Assembly (NCBI GenBank): GCA_963763775.1
Contig: CAVXPZ010000001.1
Span: 608,001-672,000, forward strand
DNA from: an uncultured Chloroflexia bacterium
GTDB taxonomy: Bacteria; Chloroflexota; Limnocylindria; Limnocylindrales; CSP1-4
Length of the DNA stretch: 64,000 nt
Direction: 5' to 3'
Under the pieces are notes generated by a model. The model worked only from the letters and a program-made list of their open reading frames with translations. It was not told where the DNA came from and made no database searches. The translations under genes and the position numbers were made by a program. Shown piece after piece: positions 30,263 to 41,080 of this stretch (positions are counted from its first letter, which is position 1; every line of letters starts with the position of its first letter).

Positions 30263-30278
30263 CTCCACGTTCAGATAA

Positions 30279-30355
30279 TGGTCGGGGCGGCGGGATTCGA
30301 ACCCACGACCACCAGTCCCCCAGACTGGTGCGCTACCAGACTGCGCCACGCCCCG
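30279..30355 (-). tRNA. tRNA-Pro(GGG)
   Basis: CGGGGCG acceptor stem, TGGCGCAGTCTGGTAGCGCA D arm, CCAGT-CTGGGGG-ACTGG anticodon arm, GGTTCGAATCC, encoded CCA; 77 nt. Confidence 0.97.
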
Positions 30356-30470
30356 ACAGGCGACGAAGTCTAGCACCCGGGGCTCTTGAGCCCGGGCGGT
30401 CGATATCTGGGGCTACGACCTCGGGCCAGCCCTGATGCGGCGCGAGACGGCCCGGCAGTACGCTGACCGC

Positions 30471-31408
30471 ATGGCCATCGAATTGCTCCCCGTGGTCTCC
30501 GATGCCGACCTCGCGCGGATGATCGAGACGAGGAACCTGGTCGACCCGCGACCGATGACCGTCGCGGCCTTCCTGGCCGAGCGAGCGGTCGCCCTCAAGC
30601 TCGTGAACCTCAATGCGATGCGCGACGGGGCAGTCGCCGGTGCCGCGTCGCTCGGCTGGGGCACGATGAGCGCCGAGTCGAAGACGGCGTTCCTCGAGAT
30701 CTGGGTCCTCCCAGGACCACCGGCGCCGCGGCGTCGGTTCGGCCCTGTTCCGGGAGCTCGCCGACGTCGCGGCGGATGCCGGGATGACGCATCTTCGCGG
30801 AGACATCGTCGAGGGCGACGCCCCGGCTTGGCACTTCGCCGAGCAGCGCGGGTTCGAGGTGCAGAGCCGCGGCCAGCTCGGATCCCTGGCCCTGCCCGCC
30901 CCATCACGGTCCGTCGACGCCAACGCCATCGGGCATCGAGACCAGTTCGCTGGCCGACCGGCCGGACCTGGCCCACGGCGTCTACGACCTCTCGATGCGC
31001 GTCCGTCCCGAGATCCCCGCACTTGCGGCCGAGCCGATCCCATCGTTCGAGGCCTGGCGAGGTTCGACCATCGACGATCCGGGCTACCTCCCGTCCCTGT
31101 CGCCACTCGCGCTCGACGCCGACGGCGCCGTGGTCGGGTCGATGGACGTCTACGACGGCGCCGACGGCAGCGCGTTCATCGGCATGACCGCCGTCGACCC
31201 CGCGTCCCGGCGACGCGGCATCGGGCGGTATCTGAAGGAGGAGCTGACGCGTCGAGCCACGGAGGCGGGCTTCGAGCGGATCGACACGTACAACGACGGA
31301 TCGAACGACCGGATCCGAAACCTCAACATCGACCTCGGGTACGTCTACCAGCCCCCGGTGCTGATGATCAAAGGCCCGATCGACGCGGTCGGGACGCCGG
31401 AGCCTTAG
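30471..31408 (+). CDS. Tandem-domain GNAT acetyltransferase (indels near 30715 and 30960)
   Basis: MTAVDPASRRRGIG..LK and TYN...N..IR.LN.DLGY in the C-terminal domain; N-terminal GNAT split over frames. Confidence 0.8.
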
Positions 31409-31429
31409 CGCCGGGCGCCTGACCCCGGG

Positions 31430-32476
31430 TCAGCTCTCGCGGCGACCGAGCCCCGCAAGCCACGCGGAGGCGTCGGCGAGCTCGTCCTTCGATTCGCGGG
31501 CGAGCAGGTCGACCAGGCAGCGCTGCACGCTCTTGCCCTCGAACAGCGCCAGCTCGACCTGGCGGGCGATGGGCAGCTCGACACCGAGCCGGGCGGCGAG
31601 GGCCAACGCGGCCTTGACGGTGTAAGCACCCTCGGCCGTGCCCGGCATGGTGGCCTCGATCTCGGCCCACGACCGGCCTTTCGCGAGCTCTTCGCCGAGA
31701 CGGTGGTTCCGGGAGAGCTGCGACCCGCAGGTCGCGATCAGGTCGCCCATGCCGGCGAGCCCGGCGAAGGTCAGCGGATTCGCGCCCGCCGCCATCCCGA
31801 GCCGCATCATCTCCGCGAGCCCCCGGGTGAGCAGCCCGGCCTTGCCGTTGTCGCCGAACCCGAGCCCGTCCGCCGCGCCGGCCGCGATCGCGACCACGTT
31901 CTTGAGGGCGCCAGCCAGCTCCACCCCGAGGATGTCCTCGTTGACGTAGAGGCGGAACCGGCGCCGAGCGAGCCGCGCGACGATCCGCCCGGCGAGGGCG
32001 AGGTCGGACGACGCCACGACCGCCGACGTCGGCAGGTTCCGGGCGACTTCCGCCGCGAGGTTGGGGCCCGACAGGGCCGCGACCCGTGTCGCCGGCACGC
32101 CGCTCGCCTCGGCGACGACTTCGCTCATCCGCCGGAGTGAGCCCGGCTCGAGGCCCTTGACCACGGAGAGCCGGTCCGCGGATGGCGCCAGGAACGGTGC
32201 GCACGCCTCGACCGTGGCCCGGAGGTGGGCCGAGGGCGCGGCGAAGAGCACGAGATCGGTCGCGTCGCGAAGCGCCGCCGGGTCGGCGGTCGCGATCACG
32301 GTCGCGGGCAAGTCCACACCCGGGAGCCGCGGCTCGTTGCGTCCGGTCGCCGTGATCCGTGCCGCGGTCTCCGGGGAGTGGCACAGGAGCGTGACGGGCT
32401 CGACCCGGGCGACGAGCCGGGCGAGGGTGGTCCCCCAGGCGCCGGCGCCGATGACGGCGACGGCCGGACCCACCAT
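31430..32476 (-). CDS. gpsA: NAD(P)H-dependent glycerol-3-phosphate dehydrogenase
   Basis: GAGAWGT, LSGPNLA.E, GVELAGALKNV, GLAGMGDL, SRN. Confidence 0.96.
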   Translation of the reverse strand: MVGPAVAVIGAGAWGTTLARLVARVEPVTLLCHSPETAARITATGRNEPRLPGVDLPATVIATADPAALRDATDLVLFAAPSAHLRATVEACAPFLAPSADRLSVVKGLEPGSLRRMSEVVAEASGVPATRVAALSGPNLAAEVARNLPTSAVVASSDLALAGRIVARLARRRFRLYVNEDILGVELAGALKNVVAIAAGAADGLGFGDNGKAGLLTRGLAEMMRLGMAAGANPLTFAGLAGMGDLIATCGSQLSRNHRLGEELAKGRSWAEIEATMPGTAEGAYTVKAALALAARLGVELPIARQVELALFEGKSVQRCLVDLLARESKDELADASAWLAGLGRRES

Positions 32477-34167
32477 CAGTGCGGGCGGCGCGCCTTGCTC
32501 GCGCTCGCTCGGCCGGCCGGCTTGGCCCCCTTGGCGGCGCCGGACTTCGTGCCCTTCGGCACGCCCGGCTTGGCGGCCTTCGCGGCGGCCCCCGGCGATT
32601 GGCGCTTCTTGCGCGGCAGCTTCACCGACGCTCGGTCGCGGAACACGAGCTTGATCGGCGTGCCGTCGAACCCGAACGTCTCACGGAGGCGGTTCTCCAG
32701 GTACCGGCGATAGCTGAAATGCACGGCCGAGGCGTCCGAGGCGAAGAAGACGAACGTGGGCGGCGCGATCGCGGCCTGGGTCGCATAGAAGATCTTCGGC
32801 CGGCGGCCGCGGACCGGCGGCGGCGGGGTCCGTTCGGTCGCGGCATTGAGCATCCGGTTGAGCCCGCCGGTCGAGATCCGGCGACGACGCTCCGCCCAGA
32901 TGTCGACGGCCGCCTCGAGGACGCGGCCGACGCGCTGGCCGGTCTTGGCGCTGATCGAGACGATCGGGGCGAAGTCGATGAACGGGACCTCGTTGCGGAT
33001 CCATTCGACGTACTGGTCGAAGGTCCGGTCGGTCTTCTCCTCGAGCAGGTCCCACTTGTTGACCGCGATGACGAGGCCCTTGCCCTCCTCGACCGCATAC
33101 CCCGCGACGTGCGCGTCCTGGGCGGTGAGGCCCTCGACCGCGTCGATGACGAGGACGGCGACGTCCGCCCGCGACAACGCCCGGAGCGCGCGGAGGGTGG
33201 AGTACTTGTCCGCCGCGGGACCGTTCGCCACCTTGCCGCGACGGCGGATCCCGGCGGTGTCGATGAGGATGACCTCGCTGCGGCCCCACGCGAGCCGCGT
33301 ATCGATGGCGTCGCGCGTCGTCCCCGGGACCGCCGACACGATCGAGCGCTCCTCGCCGAGGAGCGCGTTCAGCAGGCTCGACTTGCCCACGTTCGGCCGG
33401 CCGATGAACGCGATGGCCGCCGGTTCGGTGTCCGCCTCCGCGGCGATGGCCGCGTCCCACTTGGCCGCCTCCGGGTCGATCTCGAGGCTCGCGTCGGCAT
33501 CGGCGTCGGTGTCGCCGTCGACGCCTCGCCGTCATCGTCGTCTTCCTCGCCGTCCTCGCCCGACGACGAACGGCTCCAACCGACCCGCCGCGACCTCGTC
33601 GGCCCACGCCTCCGCCTCGGCGTCGCGAGTCTTGCGCGCGAGCTCCTGGTCGCTCTCGGGCGGCAGCGACCACACGACCGCGTCGAGCAGGTCGGCGGTC
33701 CCGCGGCCATGCGACGCGGAGATCGCGTACGTCTCCTCCCATCCGAGCGAGTAGAACTCGGCGCCCTCGAGCTCGCGCTTCTCGTTGTCGGCCTTGTTCA
33801 CCGCGACGATCACCGGAGCCTTCGCCCGTCGCAGGATCTCGGCGGCCTCGTAGTCAGCGGGCGTCAGCCCGGCGGCGGCGTCCCCGACGAACACGATGAC
33901 GTCGGCCTCGGCGATGGCGAGCCGGGCCTGCTCCTGGACACGCGCCTCGATCGGGTCGTCCGGGTCGAGCTCGAGGCCGCCCGTGTCGACGATGACGAAG
34001 CGCCGGCCGTTCCACTCGGCATCGCCGTAGAGGCGGTCGCGGGTCGTTCGCGCCCGGTCCTCGACGATGGCCGTCCGGCCGCCGACGATCCGGTTGAAGA
34101 GCGTGCTCTTGCCGACGTTCGGCCGTCCGACGATGGCGACGACCGGGAGGCCGCTGGTCCCGCTCAC
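32476..34167 (-). CDS. der: Ribosome biogenesis GTPase Der (indels in the linker, about 33520-33570)
   Basis: Two [12 protein letters not shown]/DTxG/NKxD GTPase domains plus KH-like PPTF domain. Confidence 0.93.
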
Positions 34168-34171
34168 GGGA

Positions 34172-35149
34172 TCAGGCCGCGCCGGTCGTGATGGCCCGTG
34201 TCGGCGTAGGGAGCGATGTCGTGCGGCCGGCGGGCGTCGCGGCGTCGGCGAGCGCGGCTTCGGCAAGGGCGGCGGCGGCGGCCTGCGTGGCGCTCGTCCC
34301 GGCGCGGTCGAGGATCCAGAACGCGACGTCGCGAAGGTCCTCGATCGGCGTGGAGGTCCCACCGGTGACCCCGACGGTCCGGGCGCCGTCGAACGGCGCG
34401 AGATCGGCGAGGTCCGCGACCCCCTGGATCTGGATGGCCGGCGTGCCGACGATCTCGCAGAGCCGCGTGAGCTCCTTCGTGTTGGCACTCGACCGACCGC
34501 CGACGACGACCATGAGGTCGACCTCGCGAGCGAGCTCGACCGTGTCCTCCTGGCGGCGGATCGTCACGGGGCAGACCGTGTTGACGATCTTGAGCTCGTG
34601 CGAGCGGCTCACCATGAACGCCGCGAGCTTCTCGAACTTCCAGGGCGGCTGCGTGGACTGGCTGATCAGTGCGAGCCGCTTCCGGCGCGGGATCGCGGCG
34701 TCCCATTCCTCCTCGTCGTCGACGACGATCGCGTCGGGGGCGAACCCGAGCAGACCGACGACCTCGGGGTGGTTCGGCGTCCCGAGGAGCACGATCGTGT
34801 AGCCCTCGTCCACGAGGCGGCGCAGCTCGCGCTGCTCGGCGATGACCCAGGTGCACGTGCCGTCGATCACCTCGAGGCCGCGCGCCTCGGCGCGCTCGAG
34901 CACGTCCGGGCGGACGCCGTGGGCCCGGATCACGACGGCCGCCCCGTGGTCGACCTCGTCGAGCGTGTCGACGGTCTGGATGCCGAGCTCGCGCAGGTCG
35001 CGGACCACGCCGTCGTTATGGACGACCTGGCCGAGCGTGTGGGTCGACTTGCCGGCCGACGCGGATTCCTTGGCCTTGTCGATGGCCTCGCGCACGCCGT
35101 AGCAGAAGCCGGTGCGCTTCGCGATGCGGACGTGTTCGACGGTGCCCAT
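34172..35149 (-). CDS. ispH: 4-hydroxy-3-methylbut-2-enyl diphosphate reductase
   Basis: GFCYGV, HN, RAHG, DGTC, HPEV, TVC..T..RQ, SSANT, GGTSTP. Confidence 0.95.
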   Translation of the reverse strand: MGTVEHVRIAKRTGFCYGVREAIDKAKESASAGKSTHTLGQVVHNDGVVRDLRELGIQTVDTLDEVDHGAAVVIRAHGVRPDVLERAEARGLEVIDGTCTWVIAEQRELRRLVDEGYTIVLLGTPNHPEVVGLLGFAPDAIVVDDEEEWDAAIPRRKRLALISQSTQPPWKFEKLAAFMVSRSHELKIVNTVCPVTIRRQEDTVELAREVDLMVVVGGRSSANTKELTRLCEIVGTPAIQIQGVADLADLAPFDGARTVGVTGGTSTPIEDLRDVAFWILDRAGTSATQAAAAALAEAALADAATPAGRTTSLPTPTRAITTGAA

Positions 35150-35156
35150 GCGCCGA

Positions 35157-35918
35157 TTATCGCACGGGGTCCGGTCCCGACCCCCCGTAGACCCCTCGCT
35201 GACCGGGTGGCAGCAGCTCCGCGATGCGCCGCATGATGAGATCGGTCGCCAGGCCCTTGGCGGCCTTTCGGTCGGTGCCCGGGGGCAGCTCGTCGGCCAG
35301 ACGGAACGCGTGGCCGACCCGGACGGTCACGTGGCCACCCGGGTGCGGGAGCTTCTGTCCGCGCGGCCAGACGCCGCTGGACCCGCCGATCCCGACCGGC
35401 AGGATCGGGGCGCCGGTGCGGATCGCCAGCACCGCGACGCCGTCCCGCGCCGCTTGCAACGCTCCGTCCGGGCTCCGGGTCCCCTCGGGGAAGACGAACA
35501 GCACCTGCCCGTCGTCGAGGATGCGCTTCGCGAGCCGGAAGGCCTCGACGTCCGCCGCGCCGCGATCGACCGGATGCACGCCGCCGTGCAACGCCAGCCA
35601 GCCGACGACCGGCCAGTCGAACAGCTCCTTCTTGCCGAGCCAGTGGATCCGCCGGCCGAGCTTGGGCATGAGCCACGAGCCCAGGACCGGCGCGTCGAAG
35701 TTCGATGCGTGGTTCGCCGCGATGATCAGCGGCCCGTCCATCGGGATCTCGTCGATCGCGCCCTCGATGCGCACCCGGGTCATGCCTCGCGCGAAGATCC
35801 GTCCACCGAACGTGAGCGTGGAGATCAGGGGCGTGATCGCCGAGTCGAGGCTGCCCTGGTCGTCGCGAAGTCCGCTGTCCCGCGGCTCCCTCGGCTCGCG
35901 GTCGTCCTCGGCCGTCAT
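35157..35918 (-). CDS. plsC: 1-acyl-sn-glycerol-3-phosphate acyltransferase
   Basis: NHASNFD and FPEGTRS motifs. Confidence 0.9.
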   Translation of the reverse strand: MTAEDDREPREPRDSGLRDDQGSLDSAITPLISTLTFGGRIFARGMTRVRIEGAIDEIPMDGPLIIAANHASNFDAPVLGSWLMPKLGRRIHWLGKKELFDWPVVGWLALHGGVHPVDRGAADVEAFRLAKRILDDGQVLFVFPEGTRSPDGALQAARDGVAVLAIRTGAPILPVGIGGSSGVWPRGQKLPHPGGHVTVRVGHAFRLADELPPGTDRKAAKGLATDLIMRRIAELLPPGQRGVYGGSGPDPVR

Positions 35919-36611
35919 CGACGCGCCTCCGCGTCGCGGATCGCGCCGACGAGCGCCGCGACCGTGTCCGCGAACTCGTTGCCGTCGGTCGAGATGATCC
36001 GCGCGTCCGAGGCCGGCCGAAGAGGCGCGACCGGGCGGTTGCGGTCGAGCTCGTCGCGCCGCCGGAGCGCCACGAGGATCTCCTGCGCGGCCGGGCTCCC
36101 GGGGTCGAGGCGTCGTTCCTCGGTCCGCCGTCGCGCCCGCTCCTCGACGGAAGCGTCGAGGAAGACCTTCAGGTCCGCGTCGGGCAGCACGACCGTCCCG
36201 ATGTCGCGGCCGGCCATGATGATCGAGCCGTCGGCGGCGAGCTCGCGCTGCCGCGCGAGGAGGGCGTCCCGCAGCTCCGGCACGGCCGCCACGGCGGACA
36301 CGGCCGAAATCGACCGCGGGGCTGCGGACCTCGTCGGTGTGGTCGATGCCGTCGACGAGGACCCTCGCGAGGCGGCCGCGCTCGTCCGGCGCCAGCTCCA
36401 CCTCGGTCACGAGGGCGCTCAGCGCGACGGGGTCGTCGACTTCGACGCCGCGATGCTCCGCGAGCCACGTCACGGCGCGGTACAGGAGCCCCGTATCGCA
36501 GAACCGATAGCCGAGCTCGGCAGCCGCGGCGGCACCGACGCTGCTCTTCCCCGACGACCCGGGCCCGTCAAGGGCGACGGCCAGGCCTCGGTGCGGGGAT
36601 CGGTCGGTCAT
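35915..36611 (-). CDS. cmk: Cytidylate kinase (indel near 36305)
   Basis: DGPGSSGKSS, DTGLLYRA, GRDIGTVVLPDADLKVFL. Confidence 0.93.
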
Positions 36612-37419
36612 GTCCCGCAGGATAGTCGACGGGGGCCGCTCCCCGGCTCCGGCCGCCGCCAGCCGCCAGGCTGCGGATCTCGGGCGCTTTCAGAGCACGG
36701 ACGCCCCCACTGCGAAGCCCGTCGATGCGGACAGGCCCGATGCGCACCCGCACGAGGCGGTCGATCGGCGAACTCACCGCGCCGAACATGCGCCGAAGCT
36801 GCCGCTTCCAGCCCTGGGCGAGTGTCGCGCGATACCAGGTCAGGCCGACCGCCTCGGGTCGCAGCAGCGCCCCCAGGCGCTCGACCTCGATGCCGGTCAT
36901 CGTGCGCAGGCCGCTGAGGGTCGCCATCCCCTCCTCGAGCTCGATGCCAGCCTTGAGCCGCCGCACCTGCTCGGCGTCCAGTGGCACACGCAGGCCGATC
37001 GCGTACTCACGCTCCACGCCGTAGCGCGGATGGAGGACGCGCTCCGACCAGCCGCCGTCGTTGGTGAGCAGCAGCATCCCCTCCGAGTCCTGGTCGAGCC
37101 GGCCGACCGGGTAGAGCCGCGCGCCCTCGGGGACGAGCGCGGTGGGCAGGTAGTCGAGCACGGTCTGCTCGGCGTGTCGGTCGCTCGAGGTGGAGGTCAC
37201 TCCGGCGGGCTTGTGGAGCAGCAGGTACGCGTGCACGGAGGCGCCGCCGATGATGCGGCCGTCGACCGCCACCACCGCCCGCGACGGATCGACGGACATG
37301 CCGACCGACGCGACCTTCCCGTCGACCGTCACGCGGCCGGCAGCGATCATCGCCTCGCTGGCCCGCCTCGAGGCCACACCGGCGGCGGCCAGCACCTTCT
37401 GGAGCCGCTCCGTCGCCAT
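36568..37419 (-). CDS. rluB: RsuA/RluB-family pseudouridine synthase
   Basis: RLQKVLA..GVASRR S4 domain, VGRLDQDSEG.LLLTNDG. Confidence 0.9.
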   Translation of the reverse strand: MATERLQKVLAAAGVASRRASEAMIAAGRVTVDGKVASVGMSVDPSRAVVAVDGRIIGGASVHAYLLLHKPAGVTSTSSDRHAEQTVLDYLPTALVPEGARLYPVGRLDQDSEGMLLLTNDGGWSERVLHPRYGVEREYAIGLRVPLDAEQVRRLKAGIELEEGMATLSGLRTMTGIEVERLGALLRPEAVGLTWYRATLAQGWKRQLRRMFGAVSSPIDRLVRVRIGPVRIDGLRSGGVRALKAPEIRSLAAGGGRSRGAAPVDYPAGHDRPIPAPRPGRRP

Positions 37420-38204
37420 CAGTCGGGGCCGTCCGGGCCCGCGGCGGCGGCCGACGCGGCGTCGGCCGCGGCGGTCTCGAGCGAGTCATCGGCCCCGAGG
37501 ACGAGTTCGAGCTGGTCCGCGGGGACGTCCGGGACTTCCCCGCCCTCTTCCGCGAGACGACCGGCGACCTCGACGTCGAGCGGTGGCAGCTCCTCGAGGC
37601 TCGACAGCCCGAACCGCTCGAGGAAGTCGAAGCCTGTGCCGTACAGGAACGGGCGGCCCGGCGCGCCCGAGCGACCCAGCTCGACCACCAGCCGCCGGTG
37701 CAGGAGCGAGCGCATCGTGTAGTCCGAATCCACGCCGCGGATGCGTTCGACCCCCGCCTTGGTGATCGGCTGTCGGTACGCGACGATCGCGAGTGTCTCG
37801 AGCGACGCGGGCGAGAGCCGGACGGCGTCGGCGCCGACGTAGCGTGCGACGAGGGCGCCGCCATCGGGCGCCGTCGCCAGTTCGACGCGGTCGCCGTCGA
37901 CGAGGAGCGCGATCCCGCGGCCACGGAGCGAGACCTCGAGGTCGCCGAGCCGCGCATCGACCGTGTCGCGGTCCGTCCCGGCCAGCGCCGCGATCTCGCG
38001 ACGCGACAACGGCCGCTCCGCGACGAAGAGCAGGGCCTCGAGCGCGGCCTCGGTCAGCTCGATCGGGGGCAGCGCATCTTGGGCCGGCGCAGCGTCCGGG
38101 CCTGGGGCCGAGTCCGGCTCGCCTGCGGAACCGGATGCGTCGGCGACGTCCCCGGCCGCGATGCCGTCGACGGCTTCGACCGACTCGTCGCGCGCATCGA
38201 TCAT
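37419..38204 (-). CDS. scpB: SMC-Scp complex subunit ScpB
   Basis: LEALLF, LS.ASLETLAIVAYRQPITK, IRGVDS, PGRP.LYGT. Confidence 0.95.
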   Translation of the reverse strand: MIDARDESVEAVDGIAAGDVADASGSAGEPDSAPGPDAAPAQDALPPIELTEAALEALLFVAERPLSRREIAALAGTDRDTVDARLGDLEVSLRGRGIALLVDGDRVELATAPDGGALVARYVGADAVRLSPASLETLAIVAYRQPITKAGVERIRGVDSDYTMRSLLHRRLVVELGRSGAPGRPFLYGTGFDFLERFGLSSLEELPPLDVEVAGRLAEEGGEVPDVPADQLELVLGADDSLETAAADAASAAAAGPDGPD

Positions 38205-39079
38205 GCGAAGGACTCCAGGGACTCGTCGAGGGGCGCGGTCTCGGCATCGACCGGCAGCCCGGCCGCGGCTCGCTCCTCGGCGGTGGTCGCCCGGGCCACG
38301 ATCGGTCCCCACGGCGACGCCTGCGAGACGACGATCTCGCGGCGCTTCATGAGCTCGAGCATCGCAAGGAACGTGACCGCGATGACGACCCGGTCGCGGA
38401 CCCCGTTCAGGAGGTCCTGGAGCACGACCGTCGAGGCGCCTCGCAAGGCGGCCCGGATGATCTCGGCCCGTTCGGTCAGCGTGATCGTGCGCGCCACGAT
38501 CTCCGGTGGCGTCTCGATGGGCGGGGCGAGGATCGCCAGCCGGTCGAGCGCACGGATGAGCCGCACCGGGTCGAGCGGGGTCGGGTCCATGGGTCGCGCC
38601 CCGGCGACCGCGGCCGCGTGCGCCACGGATGGCTCGCGTCGGAACAACCCGACCCGCTCGAGGGCCGTGTCCGCGAGGCGCAGTCCGGCGTCGCGATGCG
38701 CGCGATAGAGGAGGAGCCGGGCACGAAGTTCGGCCTCGGGATCCGGCGCCTCGTCGTCGGCGCCGGACGACGCGATCGCGGGTGGCCGCGGCAGCATCGC
38801 GCGGCTCTTGATGAGGATGAGCTGTCCCGCGACCGCGACGAAGGCGCTGATGTTGCCCAGGCGGTCCGACTCCAGCGTGGCCAGCGCATCCAGGTACGCG
38901 TCCGCGAGAGCCCCGAGCGGCACCGTGAGCACGTCGAGTCGGCGAGCCTCGATCAGGGACAGCAGGAGTCCGAGCGGGCCCTCGAACTCGGCCACCTGGA
39001 CCTGGGTCGTCGCCTCGGGGCGGCGGCCCTCCGCGAACCGAACGGCGGTCTCGGGCGCCATCACCGGCACGCCGACCAT
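38201..39079 (-). CDS. scpA: Segregation/condensation protein ScpA
   Basis: FEGPLGLLL.LI, LIKSR.MLP, VTFLAMLEL. Confidence 0.94.
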   Translation of the reverse strand: MVGVPVMAPETAVRFAEGRRPEATTQVQVAEFEGPLGLLLSLIEARRLDVLTVPLGALADAYLDALATLESDRLGNISAFVAVAGQLILIKSRAMLPRPPAIASSGADDEAPDPEAELRARLLLYRAHRDAGLRLADTALERVGLFRREPSVAHAAAVAGARPMDPTPLDPVRLIRALDRLAILAPPIETPPEIVARTITLTERAEIIRAALRGASTVVLQDLLNGVRDRVVIAVTFLAMLELMKRREIVVSQASPWGPIVARATTAEERAAAGLPVDAETAPLDESLESFA

Positions 39080-39573
39080 CAGTTCGCCTCGTCCGCGAGC
39101 CGCAGGAGCTCGCCGAACTCCGGGTCGCGCGGCGCATCCTGCCAGCGGATCAACTCCACGGTCCGGGGGCTGCAGCCGGCACGCTCGGCGAGGGTGGCGG
39201 AGGTCTCCGGGTGCGTCCGGAGCCGCTCGAGGGCCACGCCGAACCCGGGAATCAGCGCACCCACACGCCAGATCCACGTCCCGAACGCCTGGCCGAGCGA
39301 GTACGCGACTCGAGGCCAGACGCCGGTGTCGCCCTTGCCCGCGTCATGCAGCAGGCCCGCGAGGAGCACGTCGGGGTCCGACACGCCCTCCGCTCGCAAC
39401 GACGTCACGACGTCGAGCCCGTGCCGTCGGTCGGCGACATGCATGCCATCGAAGACCGTCTGCTGGGCCGTGGTCGTCCAGGTCGCCAGCGCCGACCGCT
39501 CTTCGGGCGTCACGCGAGCCCGGAGATGCGCGCGGAACTGGCGCGCCTTAGACGCGAACCAGGAAGAGCGCAC
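39079..39573 (-). CDS. HD domain protein
   Basis: DRRH, AGLLHDAGK, HPE..A, ADEAN. Confidence 0.85.
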   Translation of the reverse strand: MRSSWFASKARQFRAHLRARVTPEERSALATWTTTAQQTVFDGMHVADRRHGLDVVTSLRAEGVSDPDVLLAGLLHDAGKGDTGVWPRVAYSLGQAFGTWIWRVGALIPGFGVALERLRTHPETSATLAERAGCSPRTVELIRWQDAPRDPEFGELLRLADEAN

Positions 39574-40234
39574 TGCCGGTCAGGAAGGAGTAGAACGCGT
39601 CCAGGATCGGGAGGAGGATGCGGCCCAGGATCGAGTCGCCGAGCGGGAAGAGGATCAACGCGAAGAGGATCAGGAAGCCGTACTGCTCGAGGAACGGCCT
39701 GACGCGGTACTCGGTCTGCCGATCGAGCGCGGCGAACAGCACCTTCGATCCGTCGAGCGGCGGGATCGGGATCAGGTTGAAGAGCATCAGCACGAGGTTG
39801 ATGTTCACGAACAGCGCGAGGACGTTGTACAGGATCGGGACCGAGTCGATGAGCGACGGGTTCGCGAGCATGAAGCGGAGTGGCAGCGCCGCCGCGGCGG
39901 CGAGGACCAGGTTCGAGAGCGGGCCGGCCGCCGACACGATCGCCTCGCCGCGCCGGCCGCCTTCGAGGTTCATCGGGTTGACGGGCGTGGGTTTGGCCCA
40001 CCCGAACCCGAACGCCCCGCCCGACAGCAGGAACGAGATCGCCAGGATGCTCCCGCCCGCCGGGTCGAAGTGGGCGACCGGGTTGAGGGTCAGCCGCCCG
40101 AAGAGCTTGGCCGTCCCGTCGCCGAGTCGATAGGCCGCCAGCGCGTGCGAGAACTCGTGGACCGGGAAACCCACCAGCAACATGATGGCGACGACGATGA
40201 CGATGGGCAGGAGTGCATTCGGATCCAGGTTCAC
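39548..40234 (-). CDS. Site-2 protease family (M50, YwhC-like)
   Basis: HEFSH, GRLTLNP, GWAKP.PVNP, AGPLSN, FNLIPIPPLDG. Confidence 0.93.
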   Translation of the reverse strand: MNLDPNALLPIVIVVAIMLLVGFPVHEFSHALAAYRLGDGTAKLFGRLTLNPVAHFDPAGGSILAISFLLSGGAFGFGWAKPTPVNPMNLEGGRRGEAIVSAAGPLSNLVLAAAAALPLRFMLANPSLIDSVPILYNVLALFVNINLVLMLFNLIPIPPLDGSKVLFAALDRQTEYRVRPFLEQYGFLILFALILFPLGDSILGRILLPILDAFYSFLTGSALFLVRV

Positions 40235-40270
40235 GCGTTCCTCTCGTTGGGGTCCCGCGTATGGTAGCCG

Positions 40271-41062
40271 CTAGAGTCGCCCGAGCAGGTCCGCCTTCTT
40301 GTGCTCGTACTCCTCGGCCGTGATCGCGCCGCGATCGCGCAGGTCCGCGAGGTTCGCGAGCGTCCGGGTGACCTCGTCCGGGCTCAGGTCCCGTGGCGCC
40401 GGTGCGGCCGACGTGGCCGCAGCCGCCGACGCACCGGCCGTCGGGCTCACGGTCGTCGCCGAGTCGGTCCCGCCGGCGCTCCCGGCACCGCCGAACGGGT
40501 CCGCCGCACTCGCCTTGAGCGGCGGGCTCGGCGGCCAGCTCTGGCGCTCCATGTCGACCTCGAATTCGTGCTTCGCGTCGAGCATCGCCTTCTTGAACTC
40601 GATCGGGCCGCGGATCATGCGGAACTTGTCGATCCCGATGTCGGCGGCGGTCAGCACGTCGAGGTCGCCGAAGTCGAACATCCGCCCGAAGATCGACTGC
40701 GTCAGGACGGCGTCATTGATCTTCTCGAGCGAGCTGTCGGCCGAGTGCTTGTTGAGCACGCCACCCACCTGCATCACCCGCCGGTTGGTGATGACGTACT
40801 CCTGGCTCAGGTAGTGGAGCGTCGTCCAGAGGAGCACGACCAGGCCAGCGAGGAAGATCGCCAGGACCACCCAGCCGATGACGAACCGCGCGCCGCCCGA
40901 GATCCCGTCGGTGGAGAGGCCGTTCCAGACGAACGTCAGGATGATCGCGATGACGATCGCCAGGATCGTGAATCTGGCGCCCCAAACGAACACGAACCAG
41001 TGCTGCTTCTCCCGGTGGATGATCCGTTCGCCGCTCGACAGGAGCGTGTCCGCGAAGCTCAT
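40271..41062 (-). CDS. Membrane protein with bacterial PH domain and C-terminal SHOCT
   Basis: Y.ITNRRV, GRMFDFGD; L..LRDRGAITAEEYE.KK..LL. Confidence 0.85.
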   Translation of the reverse strand: MSFADTLLSSGERIIHREKQHWFVFVWGARFTILAIVIAIILTFVWNGLSTDGISGGARFVIGWVVLAIFLAGLVVLLWTTLHYLSQEYVITNRRVMQVGGVLNKHSADSSLEKINDAVLTQSIFGRMFDFGDLDVLTAADIGIDKFRMIRGPIEFKKAMLDAKHEFEVDMERQSWPPSPPLKASAADPFGGAGSAGGTDSATTVSPTAGASAAAATSAAPAPRDLSPDEVTRTLANLADLRDRGAITAEEYEHKKADLLGRL

Positions 41063-41080
41063 CGGTGCGAGGCCTCCCCT

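Noticed and set aside
35157-36611. Cmk-PlsC fusion
   Set aside because: Frameshift artefact; the cmk C-terminal half is in ORF 35915..36301 with its own stop.
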